The notes beneath the pieces were generated by a model. It did no database searches and was not told where the DNA came from. It saw nothing but the letters and a program-made list of their open reading frames with translations. A stretch of 57,769 nt of DNA, filler included, from Platydemus manokwari (Eukaryota): the NCBI GenBank assembly GCA_037951405.1. It is 5 parts of 5 records of this genome, joined end to end, with 100 filler letters (N's around TTAATTAATTAA, not from the genome) between each part and the next. Parts side by side here need not be neighbours in the genome. Positions count along the whole stretch, not along the records: positions 34,870 to 46,898 come from JBBMOY010340003.1; positions 46,999 to 57,769 come from JBBMOY011106553.1; 3 more parts are not named here. One strand, given 5' to 3'. The position numbers and the translations under genes were made by a program. Below are positions 37,318 to 52,000 of this stretch, piece by piece. Each line of letters starts with the position of its first letter. Position 1 is the first letter of the stretch.

Positions 37318-40167
37318 GTAATATTATTGGATCGATATGATTTGATTTTAGAACACAAATTTAATATATGAAAAAAACAAATAAATTACAAATACATGAA
37401 AACTACAACTGGAACTTGTAGCAGTCAAAGACAACTTTTCATCTTTCGATGAATTTTAAATATTTTCCCGCGAATTTATTTAAAAATTTCATTTTAAATT
37501 TTTAATGAAATTTTTACTTCTAAGTCAAGTAAGATTTCAAGTAAATGTGATGTCTATCAAAAATAGATTCTCCTGAAACTAACTTGATTCCAGTTTCTTA
37601 AAACTATAAAGTTGACATTGGGGCCTTTTGGGTTGGTTTGATTTTCTAATTTTCTCCTTGTAATAATAAATTAATAACATTTTTCTTTTTTGTGCTCACA
37701 TATTTTTTGTGAATTTTATAGCTTGGAAATCCAATAATTAAATTGAAAAATTCATCAAACAAGCTGATCTAACATTATTTTTATTAACTAATCAATGGAT
37801 TATCAGAAAATGATATGAATAAAGTGTATTTCTACACGATTGCTTACCAAGTAAAAACATTTTAAATGAATAAAAACGTCATTAATTACTATGGAATAAT
37901 ACTGCTTGATATGATAATTATGATATCATAGATTCCATAGTTTTCTGTTCGTTACCATTATTCTTCTTAATGAAGTTATCATTCCAGCTTGAAGTGAGTA
38001 TTGGAAATATAATTAATATATAAATCGTTATTGGCTATGAAACCAAAAAATATATGCAATCAAAAATATATTCAAAATTTGTTATTATTACTTTTTAAAA
38101 TTAATTTATCGATTTCTTTTTAAGCTTAAATTTTAGAAACCACCTTGAAGAAAATAAAAATTTATTGAAGAATTCATATAAGGTCCATGTCGTAAATAAT
38201 ATTTAAATTAAGCTTAATGCTGAGTTTGAACTCACCAGTGAGCGAATTATAAAGTGATTAGCACCTAAAGACCTATTCGATACCAAATTATTAGAAATAA
38301 AACGTATATTATTTATTATATAAAAAACTAAATTTTTAAAATAAACTAAATACTTGTTGGGTAGTTATTAGATTAATATAAATAACTGTTTTACGACACA
38401 TGAATCAATCGAATCATAGTTCCGTACTCATGTTGCTTGGTTCATCGACTTTGAGTAAAGTTGTCGACAGTTTTAATCTACCATCGAATGGATTATGGAA
38501 TGAGTGATGAGCGAAAAAGATCTGATAATTGAAATATCTTTTAAAATCTAAAGTTTTTCAAACTTCTCAATATTTACATTTAAAAACAAAATAAAGTCAG
38601 CGATTTCTTACATAATTTTTATTCTGAAAAACTTCTAAAACTAAATATAAGCCGTTAAATTAAATATGAATTTACGGTTTTTTAGAAATAATTAAAATAA
38701 TCTTACTCATTCAAGATGATTTTAATGATAATTTAATTTAGATATCGTGAACGTTAGCTCGGCCAATTTCAAAGTAGTGAACTACTTTCTAATCTATTTA
38801 AGTGCTTCAATTCTTTGCACCATTTCTTTTATTATTTTCTTTATAACTATAAAGGAATACAAAAGGCAAATTAAATTTTTTTGTCAAACTGAATCATGTC
38901 TGTGTTGTCGTTGTAAATAATAAATGGTTTTACTTATAATATATCGTTTTATAATATTTATAATTAGTTTGCCTTAATTCAAATAGTATAAGGTTGGTAC
39001 TAAAATAATTCTGAGTTCTACAACAAATATATTAAATCATTATGATTAAATAAATTATGATATACCAAATTAGGAATTAGTGCATCAAAAATGCTTTTGC
39101 CAATGTGGGAATAAGCTTTTTTTGAATTTGAAATGTTCTTAGAAATAATTTTCAATGCAAAAAGTTGACATAACCTGGTTTGTCAATGCAAAAGCAATGG
39201 AAAAGCTTTAGAAGGAGAGTGCAGATGAACTGATTGACATGGACGACTTTCTATCATGGCAAATAACACTTTATGATTTTGACAATATTCTGATTCCATG
39301 TCATTATCAACTTTTTCTGAATGTAACTACAACAGGCAAGATAACTAAAATGATCCTATACACCCAGACTCGATAAGCTTACTTGCCAATACCTAATCGG
39401 ATGCCTTTAAAATCTAATAAGCTAGACTTTCATTTTTATAGATAGGCTTGTTTGAGCACCTAAGCGACAGGCTCTTCACTCTTGATTTGTGAATAGTGTG
39501 TTCGTACAATACAATTATATATTATCTGCTTGCGTTATAAAATTATTTCAAGTAATCAAATATATTTTATTGTTTTGTATTGTTTTATTTTATAATCAGT
39601 ATTTATATTTTAAATGTTATTTGATACTAGCCAGGACTTAAATTTGACCACCAGTTAGAGTGCGGATAAGTTAAAGATTCAAAAACCTTCTGACATAAAT
39701 TTAAACGATCTCTAACATTTTAAATTCTCTTTGTCAATTTTAAATTTTGTTCCTAAATTTTTATTTTTCTTGGATTACTATAATTAATAATAATAATCAT
39801 TATTGTTTTATCTAAAAATACTATTTGATCATTACTTATTTTAATAATTATTTATTTATTTTATTAAAGGTAATTTTATTGATACTCACTGTACTACTTC
39901 TTTTTGATATAATATTATTAATTTATTGCTGCATTCTTTCCATAGAATATCTTCCGATTTAATATTTATAAAATTATTATAACATTTCCGTACCAGACTC
40001 ATCAATATTTTTTTAAATCACATAAACTTCAGAGTCTAACTTACAATGTCATTACTATCGAAACAAACTCATATAACAGTAAAATGGTCATAAAGTGTAT
40101 TACAAGGCGAATATCAATTTATAGCCTAAACATTTCTATTTTTACTGTTTTTATAATCTCCAAAAAT

Positions 40168-40610
40168 TGTGATATTTTTGGCATTTTGAACTGCATTTGA
40201 TGTGTTGCTGGTTTTGTTTGCAATATTGTGGTTAATCATCACCTAATGCTTAAGTAAACATCATAAAGCGATTTTTGTGTTTGGTTAAAATTATTATTGC
40301 TTGCGGTCGTTTGTTAATTGGAATTATTGTTATTGTTTATTGTTATATGGATATAACTTGAAAGGGGAATCTATTTAGGGTTTTTGGTTGTTGTTCATAT
40401 GAAGGTTATTAATCCTGACCTACACCAATGAATTGTCAAGGTCGTCATAAGGTTTAGTATGTGTTGTAGTATTAAAATCGCCTTGTGAGTTTTATTTTAT
40501 TATTTTATTTAGTATTTAATCTGTATCAATGTTATATATTAATAAACATTTGTAGTAATAAGCCTTTGTTGTTGCTTTATCATCGCTCATTTTAGCTGGT
40601 ATCAGCGAGT
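40168..40610 (+). mobile_element. Possible 5' LTR with PBS-like site
   Basis: TG start, T/G-rich body, AATAAA at 40541, then TGGTATCAGCGAG at 40597; terminal CA not conserved. Confidence 0.3.
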
Positions 40611-43600
40611 TTATCAATAGTGAAATCAAATATCATAGTCACCATGAGAGTCGAACTCAGAAGAAAGCAATCCGAATTAACAATCAAAATTTTGTTAATA
40701 AAAATTGATTCTTAAATTAATTGATTTTTTAACTCCAAAACCAAATTTTCATGTTTACAAAGAACTTATAATTGTTTGATAGTAAATCACCAGTTCTTGA
40801 AACCCATAACAATTTGTCAGAAAACTTTACTTTGTAAAAATGAATAATTTGTTTGAGAAATCTGATTTTATAAAGATTTGATTTGCAATATAAAAATATT
40901 GGGTGCTTGTTTTAATTGGTCAATAATTATTTATAAAATAATTCTGCGCTAAGGAATTATCGGAAGAATTTGCAAGATACAGGAAAATAATTTGTTGATA
41001 ATAATAAGGGTGGATAAAAATAATTTTAGATCCAAATGATATGAATTAATTTTTGTTCATTGTAATTAATAATCACATTAATTTAAAGAAAATCAAATCG
41101 TCACACACTTATGGTCGAATTCCCGCTCTCAATAATCAAAACAAGACGGGATCTGTGATGGAAAGTTAAGCATAAACTAACATAACAACCATTAAGACTA
41201 ATTTTTTGAAAAGTCACATAAAAGTTACCGACTAAAAAACTGACAGATGCTCGTGATATTCAACTCCTTTTCTAAGCTTATCGTATGTATTCACTTAATG
41301 TCCCAAGACTTAACTTCTCATATGGGTCTTTTCGTAAATTTTTTTGCATCTTCGCCAACATTGGGTTATCTAATTGATTATCGAGTTCAAAATATGCATT
41401 GATATATAGGAACAATCTGATTGGCTATTAGCACATGCTCTTTTTGAATCTGTGTGCATCAACACTATGATGGTCATCTCGATGATTTCTGCGGAAATTT
41501 TGTTTTTTTATGACCTATCCAACAATTACTATGGTCGTAAGTGCGATGTTGATACTTGGGGATTGTAAGTCAAGTGTAGAGCTTTAATATGATTTATACG
41601 ACGTCATCCACTTTCAATTAAATATTAAGTAAAATATTAGATGTTAATTTTATCTTTATATTATTTTCATGTAATTAAAAACTTAGGTAAGAATTATGTT
41701 TAAAATGATTTTTAGAACAAGTTTGGCTTATATCAGAAATCCATTATATTGCAAACTCTTTCAATCATTTTGCTTTGATAAAAATGTGAGACCTTTACTA
41801 ATACAAGTTTTGAGTTTATTTTATTGAATTTTAAATTATACTATTTTATAAGGTTATGTCATGATATATAATTGAAGGATAAATCGAAATTTAGGACTTA
41901 TAGATAGTTTTGACAAGATTAAGTGACAGAATCAAAAGAAATCAATAATCACGAATTACAACACTCATTTATGAATAATTTCAAAAGAAAATATTTATGT
42001 AGAAAAAAATTATCCTGTTGATTAGTGAACATAAATAACTTTTGAAAATAAATGAAATAATTTGAATACATTTAAGTATAATAAAACTAAATATACAGAT
42101 GTTAAGCTAAAAGTTTTACTGTAGCGAGATATTGTTAACATTGACATATTGAATAAATTTGTCTTTAAATTTTCCGATTCTTAATTGACCATCGATTAAT
42201 ATCTGATCTCCAATTTCTAAATTTTGACAGATGTCATACAATGATTTATCATAAACAGTAACCCTAATTCGATTTTAAATAAATAATAACAAAGTAATTA
42301 TTTATAACCTTAAATCGGTCTCTCTACCCCTAGAAGATAAAATGGATAAATTATAAACACTGGATTTTTCTAAGTTAGTTTTTGTAAATTCTCTTCTGCT
42401 CACCTCCTTAACTTTACCAGATAACTGAACCTAAAATAACTTATTAATTTCATATAGAAAATATATCGATACTTTGTTAATGTCTGCCGATAAAAATCGA
42501 CGAATAGTTTGAAGAACAGGTAACCTCATTGTAAACATTGAAAAATGTTTCAGACTAATAATTATTAAAACAACGTCGGTTTTAAATTAATATAGTTTTT
42601 AACAATTTTTAAAATTATTAAGAAATTTTGTATTTGCATTTTAATATAAGGACGAAATAAAGGGATTTTAATTAATATTTTATGGTTGGTGGGTGATAAT
42701 AAGTTTTAATTAAACTTATTTTACCAAACTAAAGAAATTTAATTTTAATATTAATGTATTATTTATCATAACACGGTATTTAACCATTTTATTCTACGAT
42801 TAAAAGATTTTATTATCGAAATTGATAATCAATTAACTTTATTATTTCTATTAATATTGTTGTTAATAATAATATTATTATTATTATTTAACCAAAAATA
42901 TTAACTATTTTATTGTTTGGGTTTTTAATTCAAACTTCCGTTATTATTTGCACATTGAAGAAAAGAAAAGAATAAAAATAAAATCAATATTAAACCAAAA
43001 ATTTCACAGCATCGTAATTGATTACTTTTATACAACAAACTCAATGAAGTCACTAAAGAATCAAACTAAATCGTAAAAATATTTTAAATAAATAATAAAT
43101 AGAAGCATAATGAAATAAAGAAAAGATAAAAAGTATAAACATTTCCAAAAAATGGCAGTCCATGCTCACTACTACATGTGCTTCATTCTTAAAAAAGCTC
43201 AATATTATAATAAGTGCATTATTGCGTAGACATTTATTATTATAATATGATAATTCGAGAAAAATATCAACAATCAGCCCCAAGTTAAGAAGTTTTCAAA
43301 ATTAATTACTACAGAAAATTATGCGTATATTAATCTAATTGTGGTGACAAATATCATTAAAAGAAAAAATCGATTGATTTAAAAGAAATTAAATTATACA
43401 AACAAAGAAAGTTTATTGACAAATTACAAATATTTCTTCACCTATACTGATTTACGTATTCAAGTAATTTTGATTTTGTAAAATGACTTACTTAACTATT
43501 ATTGAATTAATATAATTTTGACCTAATTTTAAATGGGTTAGATACAGTCAATAATTCAAATAATTAAACACATCTCAACAAGAGAGATTGTTGTCACATA

Positions 43601-44389
43601 CAGGCTCAACTTCCTCAAGTTATTCAACAACTAGGGATCGTTAAGCCTAAACATAGGAGACTCAAATTTATTTCTATAAGAGTAATAGAGTTATATATTA
43701 TGCAATTAATTAGAAGGACTGGTTATTTTTTAATAAATTAAAATTATTGTTGTCCATCTAAATTATCATATTAATTTGTAATTTTTTATACATTGGACTA
43801 TATGTTATTAAAAATAATTCATTATTTTTCATTGAAGTCAGACATCGCTTTTTATTTACATACTAGTTGGTATTCTATTTCTAAATCTATAAGAAGATAA
43901 CAATATTAGCCATTCTATGATTCATACGATTATAAAACATTTATAAAGAAGTAAGAAAAAACCGATAAAATATTATTATAGGAATGGAAACATTTATAAC
44001 ACCAATGTCGTTAGAAGCTCTCATTATGCGTGTTTTCATTGATTAGTTATACAAGAACTGATTATTTCTGAGTTGAATTCCCAACATATTGATAATCGGT
44101 AAAAATAAAATATAAAATAAAACATAAAACATAAAAAATTAAAAAATAGGTATTGGAGACGGTGACATTATAGAGAAAAATTGAATTGGACTTCAGTTCA
44201 AAACAATAATAAAAAATCAAAAAAATAGAATCGATGAAATGCAAACAGAAATAATAAAAAATGAAAAGCTTCAAAGCAAAATATGTGATATCCTCAAAAG
44301 AAAGAATTGTAATACATAATAGTATAAAATACCAAAAATCCATTGTGTCCAATGTAACATTTCTTAAGCGGTTTCATTGTAATTGAAAA

Positions 44390-45480
44390 CAACTACAGTG
44401 TGGAAAATGCGGAAAATAAGACAACCTAAAGGTGATCAGCAGATCAAAAGGTGACACATACACCAGAAATAATCAAAATACAAAGCGAAAAATAAAATAT
44501 TATGACTGCGGACAGTCCAAAAATTTTATTAGCTCATCAGCAAGTCTACATGGTACAATAATCAAATGTTCAATGCACGTGGTCTAGGCTTCAACGACTC
44601 TAACATGAATACATGAATGAAATAGCATAATAGAAAAACTCAAAGTATATGGAGAGTTGTGCTACAATCACGAAATTTAAAATTCGTCCCAGCAAGTGCA
44701 AAACATAGAAAAAGCAAAAAAATCAAGCAGTCGCACACATGGCAAGCAATTCAAATTCTAGAAAACAGCAGAAGTTAACATAGGCAACAAAAAAATATTT
44801 TCCACAAACGCATGCTAAATACTTACCCAATATTCAGAATCAATCAGATACGGGACATATAAATGAACGAATCTCAGTTAATGATGATAAAATATTCTCA
44901 AATCATAGCAACCAGGTACAAAGCACACGCAACTATATTAATAAAATATCTGAACAAATGATGAAGGAATCAAACCGATGGTGTTCGATTGAAAAGGAAT
45001 ACTCTGCTACAGGTAATGCAACAATGGGATCATGAAAACAAAGTGCAAGGAGGTAGTGCAAAATCAGTTGCTAACTATGGGGAAAAAACTCGCAATGCAC
45101 AGTGAAGGTGACTTATCTATTATCCAAGACGAACCAGAACTGAACCTTATATTGACAAACAAAAATTATAGAGGTGTCATCTATTCAATTAACACATAAA
45201 ACACCCTTATACTAATAGAGCTGACTCAAGCAGAAAAGCAGAAGGTAGCCCAAACACCAATTTAACCACAACTGGGACTATCAAAATCACAAATAGATGA
45301 AGAAAATGTGAAACAAATTCTCAGCTTCGGTAATTTTGACGGAATTATTGAGGCAATTTGTTAGTAACATCACTAGTAACAGAATTAGAGGAACTCACAG
45401 CACACCACATAAAATTTCAATTAATGTTGCAACGGCATGGACTAATTCTAAGAGAATCACATGACACGGTACCAAAAAGT
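44390..45480 (+). mobile_element. Highly decayed gypsy-like gag-protease-RT relic
   Basis: A-rich strand bias, QCGKCGK knuckle remnant, YYDCGQSKNFIS resembling retropepsin DSGAxxNFIS, LQRHGLIL resembling a late RT motif; many stops. Confidence 0.45.
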
Positions 45481-46419
45481 TAACTATCATAACCGTATAT
45501 TAATATAAATAATTTGACTATTAAAATTTTTTGAGTTGCTTCTTAAATTAAAATAATTAGAAGCTAATTAAATACCGACATTGTTAGGAGTAGGCGAATC
45601 ATTATTTCATCATTAAATCACGAATTTCTTATTTCATAATATTTCGAGAGTTTTAAACTTTAGTTAATGAAATTAGTTGATAAATATCTAATTATAATTG
45701 ATTAACAATAATTTATTCATTTAATATACCAATCTATTTATAATTTTGGTATCTCAACGTGATCCAGCAATACTGAAGTGTTGAAGTTCATTATTGGAAA
45801 AACAATATTGATTCATAATCCCATATAATACTGACATAGTTATCAGTAATGAATTCAAAACAAAAGTATCTACTACATGTGTTGATCGAAGAAAACGGTA
45901 AGCCATGTTTACACAATTTTCATCAAAAATATATAATGATGAATTTTCACTGAATTTTCGGAAAGTTTATGAGACAAATTATTATATTTTATTTTTTAAA
46001 AGTTTTTATAATATTTTATTTTATATATTATCTAAATAACTTATTATATTTTCAAAAGATAAATAAATGATAAAAGTTAATTACCGAATTATCGATTAGA
46101 TACGAATTTCAATCCATAATTTATGTTACCTGTCAAGATAATTAAAACCTAATTATGAGATATATATTTAATGGACAATCGAAAAAAAAATTATAGAATA
46201 TGTATATGTAATATTAGAATATATAATGTTAGCCATATATAAAATACAATTCAGACTCATTATAAGAATAAAGTAACCAGAAAATCATGTTTTTACCAAT
46301 AGGAAAATCTATTTAAAAATTCAAATTTCTAAAATGTATCCTTTGTTTCAATTTTATATTTCCTGAATTTAGTGAATAACATCATTTACTCGTTATGAGC
46401 ATAATTTCAAATTTTATAG

Positions 46420-46509
46420 GTTTGGAGACTTGTTGGAGATTTCGAATTGAGCACTGAACAAAGATCACTACATTGGGGACCATCTGTGGAAATTGAACAG
46501 CAACCATAG
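46420..46509 (+). CDS. Candidate terminal exon of an unidentified gene
   Basis: ttttatag| acceptor then a GC-richer open frame VWRLVGDFELSTEQRSLHWGPSVEIEQQP*; a strong donor ACG|gtaagc lies near 45897 but its phase is unresolved. Confidence 0.3.
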   Translation, partial: VWRLVGDFELSTEQRSLHWGPSVEIEQQP

Positions 46510-46825
46510 GACTTGAATAATTATTTTGATTTAAATATGGAAAGAATTTATTTGGTATAATACCGCTGAATAAATTTATGAATAATTATTTTGTAATATT
46601 ATAATGTAATTATAATTAATACAATAATAATTTGTGTTTAAAAAGTCAGATGATTTGAAATAATCAATGTAAACAAAAATATATTTATATTAAAAAAATA
46701 TAATTTGATAGTGTTTTAGTTAATTAGAATTTTGAGTTAAAATTCTCAAATCGTTTTCTATCTGTATTTAATGAACTTATCAGAAACGACGGCACAAATC
46801 AACATGAAGATGAGTACATTGTTAA

Positions 46826-46826
<1 letters not shown>

Positions 46827-46898
<72 letters not shown>
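46827..46898. repeat. (AAT)n microsatellite at a contig end
   Basis: Directly visible. Confidence 0.98.
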
Positions 46899-46998
46899 NN
46901 NNNNNNNNNNNNNNNNNNNNNNNNNNNNNNNNNNNNNNNNNNTTAATTAATTAANNNNNNNNNNNNNNNNNNNNNNNNNNNNNNNNNNNNNNNNNNNN
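46899..46998. other. Artificial contig spacer
   Basis: 44 N + TTAATTAATTAA + 44 N. Confidence 0.97.
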
Positions 46999-48138
46999 CA
47001 AAATGATTTATATTTTAATTAATTAATTTGAAAATTTTAATTGAAGTTTGTTTTTATTTAACAGGACAAGTATTTTTGTTTAGATTAGAGTTATCATTAC
47101 ACTTTATTTATCTAGCCGATACTTAGATATTCGACCTGTTCGTTGTATGTCTTTGATAAATATATTTTTTTAAATTTTCTAATCGAATATATTATTCAGT
47201 ATTAATTATATTATAAACAATTAAAAATTAGCCATTTACAGATTTGAAAAGTTCGAGTCTTGTTCTAATTAATTAACCAATATAAGCAATGTGTAAGTGT
47301 AATTATTATAATAATGTAATTGCATGTTTTCACATGATTTACTAATTATTAACGACATTAATTAATATGGTGTGTTATGATGTAATGACATATGTAACAA
47401 TCATTTATTAATTGTCTGATATTATATTATCTAATATGGAAATCCAACCAAACTAATTTGGTGCAATGTTTTCCGAATATGAAATATTTGAAAGCCAATA
47501 GATTTTGATTCTTTGAAAAATTATGAAAAAAAAAATCTTAAAAATAATGAAAATTAAGTAAATATTTACCATTTCTTGTTTCATAAAATCACTGATTATA
47601 TTATTAATAAATTCCAATAATTATTATTTTATAATGGATTTTGTTATTGTTAATGATTAGGAAAACTTGCCAATTGAATTTTCAATCTGCTAAAATTATT
47701 AGTTAATTATTAATTATTTTTATCTTTGAATTTCTGAAGCATTATGGTTCAGCCACTAAGTTCGCTTTGTAAAAATTTCGGGAAAATTCGCCTTGTATAA
47801 TGAAGGAAATTTTTAAAAAATTAGTTAAATTTCTTTTGCTAAATTTTATAATTTAAATTTTATTAATAAAAAAATAATTATTTTTTCAATTAAATAAGCC
47901 ATTTGATGATATTTTAACATCATTGATGTATTAATTAATATTTTAATATGTGATGAAATTATATTATTAATTATTTTTATATTATTCATTTACTTTAATA
48001 TAAATTATTATATTATCATTCTATTCAAACAAATATTTATTTTATGTTTTATTTCTCTTTGACATCCTTAATTATTCTTTGTACTTTCTTCTTTCAATTT
48101 TTTTTATCAACTTTGATTTTATCTTGTTTATTTTTCAG

Positions 48139-48628
48139 CTGCATTCCTTACTCAAACTGTTGTTGTTGAAGATACAACTGTCAAATTCGAAATCTGGGAT
48201 ACTGCAGGTAGATTATAAAATTTAATAAAAGCAATGAAAAATATTTTTAACTAAAATCACTTTTAATCTTTCAAGGCCAAGAACGTTATCACAGTTTAGC
48301 ACCCATGTATTATCGTGGTGCCCAAGCAGCTATTGTTGTCTATGATATCACAAGTCAAGATTCATTTCATCGAGCTAAAAATTGGATCCAAGAACTAACT
48401 GAGAAAGCAACTTCTGTCAAAGTTATAGCTTTAGCGGGAAATAAATCAGATTTGAGTACCCAAAGAGAAGTATCGGTTTCAGTGAGTTCAATGAATTTGA
48501 AAATACAGATTTTGATGTTTTTCCATTCATCAAGGATGGAAACACGTACGCTCAAGAGAATGGCTTGCTATTTATGGAAACTTCAGCTAAAACTTCATCA
48601 AATGTCAATGAAATATTTCTAGAAATAG
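48139..48628 (+). CDS. RAB5: Rab5 small GTPase, partial; exons 48139-48207, 48276-48481, 48535-48628; first and last exons not located
   Basis: [47 protein letters not shown]...[10 protein letters not shown]...[22 protein letters not shown]; 68-nt and 53-nt GT-AG introns. Confidence 0.95.
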
Positions 48629-49492
48629 GTGCGATATTTATTATTAATTTATTCCATATCAAGACGCGTTCTATTAATTATTTGATTCAATTACCCACGA
48701 TTACGTAATCACATCCGTTAATTATTATTAATTGTTTTATTTGTGCCATTAATTACTGAACAGTTGATTAAATAATTAATTTTAATTATTTAATTACAAG
48801 AATTACCTAATCACGTGATTCAACAAATAACATGTTACGTAACCACGTTGAATAATTGTAATTATCAATATGTGCTTGCAATAATCGATTCATTCACAGA
48901 ATACGTATTGCTCAACACATTCCACCGTTTTTATTGATTCGTAGAGTTTTTTTTAGAATAATTTAGTTGATCAGAATGCACCATCATCATGGAATAGCTT
49001 AGTTTTCAGATCATTGTTTATTGTTTCTCAAAACAAACTCTGTGAATATGTTAAAATTTCATAAATTACATTGATCATCAAATTCATCACAATGTTTATT
49101 TGTTTCCTTTGTGAAATGACATGAAAATATGATAAATATTACATTGTCATTTACATTGATTCGATTATATTAATATTAATATACATATATTCATGTTGGA
49201 TATCACACTAGACGATTATCATTTTCGATGACGATTCTTATCAAGTGCATTATTAATTTTTATCAATACATAAACTGTCTTTTATTTATTTATCTCGATT
49301 TTATTTATATATCGATATATTATTCACTCAATCTTATTATCATCTATTTCTAATATGTTATCATTATCTCTAGTATGGATTATAAGCAAAAATTTGCATT
49401 TTGCATTCAATGGTTGCGATTTGCATTAAATCGACCTTAATGTTCATATATAAATATTTTGGAGTCAATGTCATGTCATTTGAAAGAGATTT

Positions 49493-49493
<1 letters not shown>

Positions 49494-49522
<29 letters not shown>
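49494..49522. repeat. Short (CA)n(TA)n microsatellite
   Basis: Directly visible. Confidence 0.9.
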
Positions 49523-49523
<1 letters not shown>

Positions 49524-50683
49524 TTGAAAATGTTTCCCCAGATATTCTCATTATTGAAACTGTTTCTATCAACATTTATTAATTGGGACCATTGTTGTGT
49601 ATTCTGTTTGATTTAATAGATGCATTTTGTAGATAAAACCGATTTTCTCCTTTTTGTCTCAACAACAGTTTTCACAATAAAATTGCCCATCACCATTTCT
49701 GATAAACAATTAATCATTAATTTGATAAATTTCTTTATATAAAAACTTTTTGTAAATACTTATTCATATTTCTCAGAATATCTATTGTTATTATATATAT
49801 ATATAATTTTGATAATACTTTATTATATTTGTTTATCAACAAGTATATATCCATAAAACGCGTTTTTTAATGTTTATTATTGATGAGATATTCTTCATTG
49901 TCTGGTTTTTCATTATATTTCCTTTTCTATCATTTTAAGAATAATTTTAATTTCAACTCAAACTGGCGAGATTATTTGGAAATCTAATTGCTTATTCTCA
50001 CGAATTTTCAAAATATATCATTAAATTTATTCTATATCGATCATGATAAAAATAAACTATTAAAGTGCAAATGTGTTTTATAAAGTGTGACTTTTTCTAA
50101 AATACGCAAAACGACCAGCACGTGGTGCATTCCGTGATAATTATAATTCGTATTGGATTAAATACGGGAAAACCTTTTCATTTCTTTACTAATTAATTGA
50201 AAGTGTTTATTTTCGATGAGAAAATTGTCTTTGACGTGATTTCATTGTATAAATTCTTATTTCATCAGATATTATGTTAGATCTATCGAGATAGATATCG
50301 AAACAAGAACATGATGTAAGATTATCATTGTGAAAACTGAATCCATGTAAATATTAAATTATATTTTAAAAATATTTCAATGGCATTTCCTTAATAAAAG
50401 TGGTGGAGCTCATGAGACATTATCTAATAATATTCATGATAGCGAAGTAGTTAGGAAGTAGATAAAAAAAATATTTGATTTCTTCCTCTGTAAGTCATTT
50501 CATCCATATTTCTCTTTAATAGGAAATATTTTTTCCTTTCTTTTAAATTGTAAAGAATTTGGTTATGTTGAAGGATATTTTGAAACTTTCGGAATTTTTA
50601 TAATTATGTCTCGAGATTTTCGTTAGATAATTTTGCACAAATCTATTTCACTTTGAAAAATAATGGACTTATTGAATTTTTTG

Positions 50684-50930
50684 TTACAGCCAAGAAATTG
50701 CCTCGACACGAGGTGACCACTCAAAACGCCGGATCGGGACAACGTCTTGGCCAATCTGGTCGACCAGTTGGGTCAGGCTCGGCCGGTGGTTCGTGTGGCT
50801 GTAAGTAGTCACGGCGAAAACTTCGTTCTGATTTCTACGACGAAACAGTCGTCGTACATTTTGTGTGTTTCTGAATGCTTGGAAGTGTGTTAACAATCAT
50901 TTGCATTGAGGCGATATTCAATATTGTTTA
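50684..50930 (-). mobile_element. Small Tc1/mariner (DUF4817-like) transposase relic
   Basis: GC-rich island; FRNTQNVRRLFRRR resembles the DUF4817 HTH; WPRRCPD / EWSPR resemble WPPRSPDL. Confidence 0.45.
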
Positions 50931-51799
50931 AGAATAGAGTGTGATTATTGATTACCGTATTTCATTTTGTTTTTGAATGTGTTGTATTTGTTATTTAATC
51001 TATGCCTATGATGTATAAATGGCGTCTGAAAATGTTTTTGCACTAACGGTTGAAGTCGCTATTCATGCGCAAATATACAGTGACATTTCACGAATAAAGC
51101 CATTTTAAAATAGCAATTATCTAGATTATTTGTTTGGAAGTGTCGTCCTGAAAATGAAAATTTCATTCGCTGATATATTATGAAACTATATTTTCTTAAA
51201 GAAATTCGCAAGATATCTTAAACTAGGAAGGATATTTTACTGTATATGTCTTTCAGTGCTTTCAAAAGTTATTTTACTGAGATTGGATTTATAAAAATCG
51301 CATTTTTTGCGAATTCAGCATGTTAAATTGACTTAAATAATTCCGTATAGGATTAAAGTAAACAATTAGCGATTCAAAGTAAGTAGCATTTATACAATAA
51401 GATTAAATTCACATGAAAAGGAAGAATTAAAATTCATTTTATAACATTACATTTCGTTTCATTCAATATTTTTGTTACAGAATCGAGATATTTACCAAGT
51501 ATCTCAATTGCTAATAAATTCAAAAGTAAATTGCAAATGAAACATAAAATTAGAAGCAAAAATTAAAAATATACAAAAATAGTATAAATTAAAAAAAATG
51601 GAAAATTAATCAAAAATAAAAAGAATGAATAATAATAAGAATTATTATCCACTCAGCAATCGGCTCATGTTTTAATTGATTGATTATTAATTACAAGTGA
51701 AAATGAATAGTTTATATTTATTGTAGTTTAAATCTACTACTCAAGAAGTGCCAAAAAGACTAATTATTTCTGTATCAAGGAATCAATTATAATTTTGAA

Positions 51800-52000
51800 A
51801 CCAACGTTGTGTTGGCTAAAGACGGAATCTCTCAAAAGAAAAACGATTTTGCACATTGGAACCCTTATTTTAGCACTTTATTCTTCCTCACAGCTATACA
51901 ACCATGCAGCCATTGCAATTATTTAATCACATAAGAATTAATTGGAAAATTCTTATTCAAGAAATGGACATAGCCACACAGTAACACATACATGAAGATT
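51800..52000 (+). mobile_element. pogo-type DDE_1 transposase relic
   Basis: ILPHSYTTMQPLQLFNHIRINWK resembles LPPHTTHxLQPLD..F..LK..W. Confidence 0.4.

Noticed and set aside
43053-44352. Hydrophobic F/I/L/Y-rich ORFs (also 202-477, 2869-3051, 21475-21663, 53226-53432)
   Set aside because: Expected by chance from T-rich strands; no motifs or splice support
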